From Gordius albopunctatus (Eukaryota), in assembly GCA_964276515.1 (NCBI GenBank), contig OZ193909.1:7688001-7752000 (forward strand): a stretch of 64,000 bases of DNA, written 5' to 3'. Shown piece after piece: positions 12,201 through 21,028 of this stretch. Both the position numbers and the translations under genes were made by a program. The notes beneath the pieces are model-generated. The model had not been told where the DNA came from. It saw only the letters and a list, made by a program, of their open reading frames with translations, and did no database searches. Numbering within the stretch: the stretch's first letter is position 1; every line of letters starts with the position of its first letter.

Positions 12201-15200
12201 GCACAGGGACCCATATCAGTAGAGGTAAGGACCCTTCTAGGGGAGGGCATAAGGTAATTATCAATGTCAACCTAATATACCAATTAAAAAACGAAAAAAA
12301 AATTTCGAATCACAATTTGGCCAATGGTCATTTTTTTATTGGTCAGCACCAAGAGACGGTCTATAAATACATACGAGTGAAAAAAACGAGAGAGAAAAAT
12401 TCGAATCACATTTTGGCCGGTCATTTTTTCCATTGGTCAGTAGCAAGGCCACGGTCAAAAAATCATATTATCAATGGTATTAACAAGAACAAAATATTAA
12501 TTTAATAAAAAAAAAATAAAAATTTTGCCTTCTCCGGGATTCGAACCAACATCAGTAGATGCATAGGCCTTTGTAGGGGAACGGGGACCCGTATCAGTAT
12601 AGGCATAGGCCCTTGTAGGAGAGGCCATGTACTCATTATCAATGTTAACCAATGCAAAAACTGAAAAAATATTTCGAATCACAATTTGATTAATGGTCAT
12701 TTTTTTCATTGGTCCGTAGCCAGCGGACGGTCAAAAAGTTATATTATCCATGGTATTAACAAGAACAAAATATTAATTTAATTAAAAATAAAAATTTGCT
12801 CTCTCCGGGATTCGAACCCACATCAGTAGAGGTATAAGCCTTTGTAGGGGCACAGGGACCCATATCAGTAGAGGCATAGGCCTTTGTAGGGTAGGGCATA
12901 GGGTAATTAGCAATGTTAACCAATGAAAAAACGAAAAAAAATTTCGAATCACATTTCGGCCAATGTTCATTTTTTTCATTGGTCAGTAGCCAGAACACGA
13001 TCAGAAAGTCATATTATCAATGATATTAAAAAGAACAATATATTAATTTAATTTAAAAAAAATAAAAATTTTGCCTCTCCGGGATTCGAACCAGCGATTC
13101 AGAACGTTCGCCGGGATTCGAACCCACATTAATAGAGGCATAGGCTTTTGTAGGGGCACAGGGACCCATATCAGTAGAGGCATAGGCACTTGTAGTGGAG
13201 GGCATAGGGTAATTATCAATGTTATTACCCAATTCAAAAACGAAAAAAAATTTCGATTTATTTGGCCAATGGTAATTTTTTCATTGGTCAGTAGCCAGCG
13301 GAAGGTCAAAAAGTCATATTATCAATGGTAATTAACAAGAACAAAATATTAATTTTTTTTTAAAAAAATTTGTCCTCTCCGGGGATTGAACACGAACCTC
13401 CGGGTCAGGAAGCCGTTGTAAATAACTTGGCTTGGTGGACGACGGACGGATAGAGCCCTGCACGGCCCGGCCCGACGGGCAGGGCAAATTTTAAAACATT
13501 GATCGGGCCTCGGGCTTGGATCGGGCCTGATGGGCCAGGCCGGGCAACTGCCTTAAATTTTAATTTTCGGGCGGGCCCGGGCGGGCACGCTCATAAGATT
13601 CGGGCAATTCGGGCATGCCCAAAATTTTATCAAATTAATTTTCCTTGAAAAAATAAAAATTCGCTTATAAACAATTTTGGGCCATAATAAATTTGACTAG
13701 ATTTTTTTTCATCACTTAAATCTTCATTGTACGTTTATATAATGTCCTAATTTCAATTTCTTCAAAATCAAATTTTATTTCGAATAAATTAGTTTAACTG
13801 GTTTGTCTCAAGATCAAAAATTTTTAATTTTCAGATTATATTATAAAAGAATAAAATTACAACGATTTAAACTGCAATGGGCGTAGACAAGGGGAGGAGC
13901 AGGAAGGGGCAGCTGCCCCTCTCTAAACTCAAAAATTTGTTAAAATGTATTAAAATTATTTTCAAAAAATGATCATTTTGCCCCTCCCTAAATCATTATT
14001 GCCCCCCTCTAATTTTAATGCCGGCTACGCCCTTGTAAACTGCTACTCTAATCTAATACTATGGAAGAAACCATTTTACTCTCTGGTAGTAAATTATTTT
14101 ATTAAATTTTTATCACGTTCAGTTAAATTAAATCTTTGCCCTATTCCATTATGGAAAGGATGGGATTATTTATGTAGCCAAAGCCATTTCATTGTTCGCA
14201 ATACACTACAAATGTGTGCCGTCTAGACTTAACAAAGGCTCATGCCATTTTCTAACAATGCGCATAATTGTAATTCATTTAATTTCTTAACAACTAAAAA
14301 AACACGGTGGAAAAATAAAGCAAACAAGCCACATTAAAGTTATTAAAAATTATAACTATTTTAGGTATCCTAAATTATACAAAAAATACTCTTTGCCATC
14401 CCGGCGACGAGTGCTGCTAGTGAAAGAAGTTTTTCTATCGCAGGAAGATTAATAGAGGAAAGACGCACAAGATTATCCCCGGAAATTGTCGACGATATGA
14501 ATAATAAAATATTGTCATCTTTGTTTGGATCAATATGCCATTGCTTATTTTGTAATAGTGGCTAAAGATTTTAGGGATTGGATAATTTCGGGTCTACCGG
14601 GAAAATTTTATTAATCCGGCCGGGCAGCTCTAATAGTTTGGGCATGGCTGAGCCGATACTTAGAAGGGTTCAGGCGGGCAATTTAGTTAAAATTGGACCG
14701 GGCCGGGTTCGGGCAGAAAAATTTAAACTACTCCGACCTCTTTTTGGGACCTCATAAATTCGGGACTAACGGGCAAATTTAATATTTCGGGCCGGGCAAT
14801 TCGGGAAGCTTTAACAATTCGGGCGGGCCCCGGCGGACACTTAGATGGGTTCGGGCGGGCAATGAATGTAAAAAATTTAGTCGGGCCGGGTTCGGGCAGA
14901 AAATTCCCAACAAATCTGACCTCTGATGTGTATGCCTATGTTGATATAGTTTTATAATGTATGTGAGTATGATTTATTAGGGGTAAGTTGTTAGGTTAGG
15001 AGAAAGGGTTGGATTTGATGTTGAACTTGAATCAAGAACGCCACCCCCTACATAATTTTTCAGTATTGTAATATCACAATATCATTCCCATCCCAGCCCA
15101 TCGGTAAGATATCATTATTTTATTTTTTTAATTTGCATTAAGCACTTATTATTTTTCTAGATAATATAATGGAGGAAGAATTTTTAGATTTTAGTAGTTG

Positions 15201-17145
15201 GGAAGAGCCCAGAATAGATAACGAAGCTGAGGAAGATGAATTACATAAATATTTAAATACGAATTATATTGATGGTATGGAAGTTTTGGAATGGTGAAAG
15301 ATGCATCAGAGTGAATTTCCTTGTTCGAGCAATTTGGCTAGAAAGTATTTGGCAATACCTGCTACATCAGCTAGCAGTGAGCGAGCCTTTTCTACAGCTG
15401 GGCGAGCTTACGAAGAGAGAAGGACTTCGTTAAAACCCGAGAAATTAGACTCCACTTTATTTATTTACCATAATTATTCATATTTTAAATCACATAATAT
15501 TCGCGATACGTAATATATTTATAAATAAATTTTTGAAATAAAATTGGTACAAATTTACATTTTTACAAAAGTCGGGCCGGGCTCGGGTCGGGTCTGAGTG
15601 AAAAAAACAAGTCGGGTTCGGGCAAAAAATAAAAAAAGTTTCGGGTCGGGCTCGGGCCGATAAAATTCAATTTTGCAGGGCTCTACGGACGGACAACAAA
15701 AAACGAGCCCATAAATTGCATAGCAATTAAAAGATTAGTTTGCTTTAGTCCATTCGGACTGGGCTGAGGCGGCCCGACCCGAGCCCGATGTCGGGCTTCG
15801 GGCGGCCCGTGGAGGGCTCTAGGTGGAATAAAACCAAACCTCGGAAGTTATGAGGATGATGTCCTACAATAGGTCACATAGTAGAAATGGGGCGGTATCG
15901 CCGTAAGCGAATCATTTAAAAATAGGATAGTGGAAGTCATTAAAAGTTCAGACAGATTAATGTGAAAGAAGATTGCAGATCAGGGATACCTTTTAACCGT
16001 TATTTGTGCGAGGGCTCAGAAAATTGGGTGTAAACTAAAAATATTTTCTTGGAATCAGTGGTAAAGGAAATAAAAGGAATACGACAGAATTAGTGAGGCC
16101 GATCAATGTGTCACCTGATTGGGGGGGGCAGGGGTGATTAGATGATTTTAATAAATATTTATGTAGTAGGAATGGGTGAAGACAAATACCTAATTACTTA
16201 TTGGCTACACTGCTCTCCTACTAAAAATAATACCTTATTTTTAAAAACTTTTTGGTCAATCTCCCTAACATAACGGTTGTGCATGTCGATGTTTAAATAT
16301 TATGTGTATCGTTTATCGTATAATAAAATATTTAAGGAATAAACATCACAATGAAAACCGTTAAAGATAACACGATTTCCGTTCATTCACCAATCCATAT
16401 CATCCGTTTGGTTTAAGCGCGTTTTTATAGTTTTTTAGTGGTGAATGTAATTTCTCTATTTTTATAATAAACCCAATCCCCATATTTAATTTCTCATAGA
16501 GATCGTAGACATTAATCTTCGTTTAACAAACGAATGACTATTATGTATTGGTTACAATCATGACAAAAATCCACAGCCAGTGTTACTCCGTGGGAGTAGC
16601 CAAGAGGGGCGAGAGGCTGCCCTTTCCTCAATACAGATCCTGGCTATGCCCAGATATAAGTTAATGTATTAGATTCGAAGTATATTTTTAATATAACAAC
16701 CTTAATTTTATTAATAAATAAATTAATAAATAAATAAATAACACAAAACTAACTTTATAGAATTGTCATTTTTAGATTCTCTATTTATAGGAGGTGGTAT
16801 GTTATCGATGAGTTTCATTGATCTTGACCGAAGGTAGACCCCTGACTGCTTATAAACATTCAATTTGTTGTACCATTCCTCATTGAGCTCGCGTATTTTA
16901 TTCCTAGTGTAATGTAATTGCTTGACGATTTTATTGTCAAATCGCATGGCTCCGTCCCATTGTAATTGGCTTATGTTTTGGTATAAATTTCTTAATTCTT
17001 GATCGTATTGATTTATTAAATCTATTTCTCTCATAATATATACTTTTTAAAATAAATTACTTGAAACTTCTTCATTGATCGTCGTTGAACAGGTATTACT
17101 GTATATCGTAAATAAACTTAGGATATAGAGAAAACCAAAATCCAT
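6082..17145 (-). CDS. Secreted angiotensin-converting-enzyme-like protein (peptidase family M2), probably catalytically inactive; 8 exons, about 650 aa
   Basis: Exons 17145-17061, 17021-16754, 9837-9506, 9363-9205, 9168-8892, 8857-8649, 8319-7872, 6256-6082. All introns are GT-AG and phase-consistent; total 1953 nt open frame. M2 motifs: FYADLHALIK, IPIHLTGNTWG, AEKFWVSLGF..LSESFW.NS, HQLGHVHYYQEY, EFEEIIGE, YNTAWW, FDIGMSYHV, MLEFYKPLTIWL. Hydrophobic N-terminal signal peptide, no C-terminal TM segment. Confidence 0.85.
6267..7465 (+). mobile_element. Non-autonomous Helitron, 3'-truncated, in the last intron of the ACE-like gene
   Basis: A|TCTATATATATAAAG 5' end followed by (TGTA)n. About 7000-7465 is an inverted homolog of 39040-39450 and stops inside the GGCAAAACAACG hairpin. 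Confidence 0.75.
7872..8319 (-). CDS. ACE-like gene exon 7
   Basis: GLIARAPIVSYLMNVAL...YNTAWW...FDIGMSYHV...DMYGNNDVGNKLR; atatag acceptor, gtactt donor. Confidence 0.85.
8649..8857 (-). CDS. ACE-like gene exon 6 (zinc-binding motif exon)
   Basis: LVLCADPSYQTLLEVFHQLGHVHYYQEY...APSPEFEEIIGELLALS. Confidence 0.9.
8892..9168 (-). CDS. ACE-like gene exon 5
   Basis: GNTWGITWSSI...AEKFWVSLGFENLSESFWLNS...YNMYRKKEFR. Confidence 0.85.
9205..9363 (-). CDS. ACE-like gene exon 4
   Basis: DKDEYF...LDQLLDFYADLHALIKHYL...IPIHLTG. Confidence 0.8.
9506..9837 (-). CDS. ACE-like gene exon 3 (divergent)
   Basis: Open frame with phase-compatible AG and GTATGC sites; overlaps ORF 9429-9794. Weak similarity only at its end (LKVVYQTMIGYYNECCA). 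Confidence 0.6.
10131..11107 (-). mobile_element. Non-autonomous hAT element (TAGTGCT family), copy 1
   Basis: TIR TAGTGCTG/ATAGCACTA. TSD CTAAATGG/CTAGATGG (1 mismatch). GAACGCGTTC subterminal motifs. Deleted transposase with a dimerisation remnant (SSAPVERVLS). Confidence 0.9.
13535..14925 (+). mobile_element. 5'-truncated copy of hAT element (CAGAG family), full copy at 35069-36539
   Basis: Near-identical to about 35120-36539. Ends in TCTGACCTCTG. Carries an AIPATSAASERSFSIAG remnant at about 14365-14500. Confidence 0.85.
13876..14035. mobile_element. MITE (CATGGGCGTAG family)
   Basis: TIR ATGGGCGTAG/CTACGCCCTT. Perfect 8-bp TSD TAAACTGC. Relatives at about 32965-33119, 35459-35618, 48505-48600, 51580-51720, 52400-52530, 52857-53011, 53662-53810, 61653-61830. 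Confidence 0.8.
16754..17145 (-). CDS. ACE-like gene exons 1-2 (signal peptide and N-terminal helices)
   Basis: MDFGFLYILSLFTIYSNTCSTTINEEVS | 39-nt intron 17060-17022 | NLINQYDQELRNLYQNISQLQWD...; donor GTTAGT at 16753 is phase-compatible with exon 3. Confidence 0.7.
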
Positions 17146-19746
17146 CCTAAAAAGTGTATAAGTCGAATTTTATTTTAATTTATTATATAAATATTCATAT
17201 TTAAGTAAACAAATATAGCTTATATAGGAAAAAAACTGTTTTTTTAAGAGGGTAGGCCAAAGACGTTGGTCAACGTGCTTTATACCAGAGACTACAATTA
17301 ACCTTAGATGAGGTTGAATTTAGATTAGTAATAGAACAAATTACTTTTGTGCCGGGTTGGTGTTCATTTATAAAAAAAGTTTAAAGTTAGATTTATGACT
17401 ACTTATACAACCAATATTCATTAAAGGGTATACAGGTAAAAATTCTAGGCCCGAAACTATTTATTTTTACAAATACGACTTGCAGAAATCTTTTGAGGTT
17501 TATTGATAATAATGGGTGAAAGAGCATTAAATAAATGCTATTATTATAATAGATGTATATAGCGCTAAAAATATGTCCTCGTCTTCCTATTTTTATATAT
17601 ACTAGGAGTCCAAAATAGATTATAATCTAAATTTGGCAATTAGAAATTAAATCGTTTGATTCAGTATGCCCGAGGAATTGTGCTACACGCCCAAATTTAA
17701 TATTTTTGTATATATTATCTGCCCGCCTGCCCCATTTATACAAACTGCCTGAGATGTTATAAAAGCCGAAGCAGAACATACATTATTTTACCAAGATAAA
17801 TATCCTAAATCATATTTTCTGATCTAGTGTTTATAGTTTTGAGCAAACAAACACCTAATTTATAAAGTAATCTTCTTATACTATATTTCTTTCAGTCAAT
17901 CCCTGCAAATCTCTAAATGTATCACTCAACTAGAATAAATTTCCAATTTAAACAATCAGATTCATAGAAAATTTATGATTAAGTTTGGTTGAAATTCATA
18001 AAAATGTTGATATTTTTTTTTATTTAATCATTTTCAAAGAGATATCTTTATGATCTCTACACGGCCAAGCCCACCCGTTCCTAATCCGACCCGCCCTGGT
18101 TTTGATTTCTACATATAAATATTAATTTGCTCACTTAGTAATCGATACACAATTTTAATAAATACTTTAAAAACACATTTGTTATCAGATTTATTATGTA
18201 AATAAATATTTGTCTCGAGTCAGATCTATATCATAGATTATAAATTTAAAAAAAATAGGTTAAAATAAGATTAAATTAGTCTCAAGAGAGTGTTAATATT
18301 TAATTGATTTTTTTAATTTTAAAATATCAGATCGGTCATTAAGAATGTCTTAAATCACTCCACTTTAAGACCTCTAAAAAACATTATGCATGTGCATATT
18401 GTTAAGACAAAATGCTTATTTTACATGAAAATAAGAAAAGGTTGTATTTAAAAATTAAATATAAGGTACCTGCAAGTCTAAACACAGGGAATAATCGTGA
18501 TCAAAAATTTTAAAAATTTTATTTTTCAACCACTTTTACACATATTTAAGGTAAGAAAATGTAATTAATATACAAAAATTTGTACTACAATTGTTGTGGT
18601 ATTGTTGTGGTAAATAAAGCTGTTTGGGTAAAACAATCCTTTAGCAGTTGCCAAAGTTTTAAACTAACGACTTTGTACTCAAATTATTGAAAAATTAAAT
18701 AATAGGAAATTAATAAAGTATTGTACTTTAGTATATTTATAAAAAAAATACTCTGTAAATATTCAATACAATAACTTTTACTGAAAATACGAGTTTGTTA
18801 TGTTTATTGCAAGACCTAAATATTTAAACAATTCCAGAAATATTTATATCTTTTAAAAAATTTGTAAATATGAATACGTTCACCTTGAAGCTGGCAATTT
18901 TAACTATAAACATTACACTATTGTTGTTTAATATTAAAATGTTATTCAATATTGTTTAATTAAAATAAAACAGTGGGAATAGAGAAATTGATTGGTTAAA
19001 TAAAAGATAAGGCTTAACAACGCGTTGACAAGCGCATTTTATATGTAAGTTGCTTGGCCTTATCCTGTAAAAAGAAAATTTACCCTTTTATGTGTTGCCG
19101 TATCAAAAGCCAATTCTGGCTTTAGATGATAGCATATTAAATCTCTTTTATTTGATAAACTCGTCCCACAGCTTTCGGATTCCGTAGTTCTCATCCTGCC
19201 CCAGAAAATGCTGCAGGTACCATCACCAACGAAAACTCTCTCCCGCTGATCAACGTGGCAACAGCGAGACAGCATAGCCTAATGGATTACGATGTACTTT
19301 CGGGAGTGCCGGGCTTCATAAACCCAAGCCTGATGTTTTTTTGAGCTAAGGTTTTTAAAAACCTTGGGGTTTTAAATTACCCCAACGTAAAACATTCAAG
19401 GTTTAGCCTTGGGTTTTGCATCCAACTAAATTTTCTCCCAAATCGTAAACTAAAATTCTGGGCTAGATTCAAACTCTTGTCCAAAACTTTAGGTCGGAAC
19501 GAATTCCAAAAGAATTACCCCAGTAAGTTTACATACCTCGGCTGAATGCTACATCTAGAAGAAGGCTACGCAAAATAACTTAATATAGAGAGAGACTAAG
19601 GAACCCCGTCCAGCCTATTTGAATTTCTGGTGGGCTTGGGAGGGCTCCATGACAAAAATCAGGCAAAAAGTGATGAGAATCTTTTATTGATTGTAATATT
19701 CTGTTTTCATATATCATTTTGTCACTTATTTATTTTTATTTATTAG

Positions 19747-20762
19747 TAGTGCTGTAAATGAACACGTTCAAACTTTTATTTTTTGGTGAACTTTGAACGT
19801 GAACGCGTTCCTTTTTTTGATGAACGAGTTCGAATTTAACGTTCGTTCAATTTTAAAAACCCTTTTTTGTTTTTATTTATTTGAAAATTAATGTCAATCC
19901 GAATTTTTAATAAAAAAGTATTATATTTTTTAATCAGCTGTTTTTACTGTTTCCTATTACCGATTCCGAAATACTTTTAACATACTATAACGTGCAAAAG
20001 AAGATAAGATTAAAGTTAATTAGTTTGATATTATTAATTATAGTTTAATTTATAGGTTAATATGGACAATCATAATATTATATCGTCGTCATCTTCAGAT
20101 TCTGAATATTCAAAATCAGCAGATGAATTGAAATTGCCATGGCCAAAATATGATAAATATTTTTCACTCGTTTCATATAAAAGATCAAATTCAATAATTA
20201 AAATGAACCTATAAAGAATAAACTTTTAGTGTTATTTAAAAAAGGGATTGAAACCCCTAGAATTGATAATGAAAGAGCTGTCAATTCCGATATATCATTT
20301 TTTGACGAGGAAGTAGAGGGCGCATTGGAGGATGATATCTTGTCGCAATTTTTTGAAGCGAGGGACAAAACATTAAATGTTTTTAATTAATTTCCTTCTT
20401 TAAAAAATTTGTTTATTAAGTATAATACTCCAATCCCCTCATCTGCCCCTGTGGAGCGGGTTTTTAGTATGGCTAATGCTGTATTAACTGCCAAGCGTTC
20501 CTGCTTATCAGAAGACAATTTTGAAAAACAATTATTATTAAAAATAAATAAGAAAATAGATTATATTGATTTATAATTATATTGTCGAAATAAAACTATT
20601 ATTTTTTATCATGGCTATTTATTGTATTAAAAAATATAAGACATTTATTTATATTTGATTAAAAAAAATTTATCATAAAATTTTGAACGAACGTGAACGC
20701 GTTCGATTTTTGTCAATGAACGTTGAACGCGTTCGATTTTTTTACAAATGTTTACAGCACTA
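19747..20762 (+). mobile_element. Non-autonomous hAT element (TAGTGCT family), copy 2
   Basis: TIR TAGTGCTGTAAA/TTTACAGCACTA. Perfect TSD TTTATTAG. Inverted homolog of 10131-11107. Remnant KYNTPIPSSAPVERVFSMA. Confidence 0.92.
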
Positions 20763-20927
20763 TTTATTAGTCATAGTTTTTACCCCAAAAAATTTAGAAT
20801 TAACTAAGAAATTTCAGGAAATATAACAAATTGATCACTAAAAAATTTAAAAAGCATGCTTTCGTACCCGGTATTTCGGACACCTCTAATGATTCAGACA
20901 TAGCCGGGCGAACACTTGAAGGCCGAC

Positions 20928-21027
20928 TGTAATATAGTGTTATTGATGAATTGATGATATTGTATTCCTAGTGTATATATATATATATAGTTGTTGTGAT
21001 TTACATGTGTTATCAATAAATACTATA
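20928..21027 (+). repeat. 5' LTR
   Basis: TGTAATA...TACTATA, identical to 24744-24843; contains (TA)8 and AATAAA. Confidence 0.95.
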
Positions 21028-21028
21028 A

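Larger units (their letters stand above)
13451..15685 (+). mobile_element. hAT element (TAGAGCCCTGCA TIR) with dimerisation-domain remnant
   Basis: TIR TAGAGCCCTGCA/TGCAGGGCTCTA. Perfect TSD CGGACGGA. ORF 15301-15513 LARKYLAIPATSASSERAFSTAG, preceded by an in-frame stop. Confidence 0.9.
12130..15730 (-). mobile_element. B-box tandem-repeat element (DINE-1/HINE-like), split by a hAT insertion
   Basis: Head TTAATTGCTATGCAATTTATGGGCTC plus (GTCC)n at 15730-15686 resumes at 13450. Then 4-5 tandem units of roughly 270-300 bp, most with GGTTCGAATCCCGG. Left boundary approximate. Confidence 0.7.
11224..15821. mobile_element. hAT-type element (TAGAGCCCTGC family), outer member of nest
   Basis: TIR TAGAGCCCT/AGGGCTCTA. 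Perfect 8-bp TSD GGTGGAAT at 11216-11223 and 15822-15829. GCCCGA subterminal repeats. Confidence 0.9.

Noticed and set aside
12137..13331. ORFs and tRNA genes in the GGTTCGAATCCC repeats
   Set aside because: The ORFs are translations of a tandem repeat. Only a T-arm/B-box is present, with no D-arm, anticodon arm or acceptor stem I could fold.
17043..17060. Possible 18-nt intron GTAATTTATTTTAAAAAG in the ACE-like gene
   Set aside because: An in-frame TAG acceptor at 17022 gives a 39-nt intron, consistent with the other short introns.
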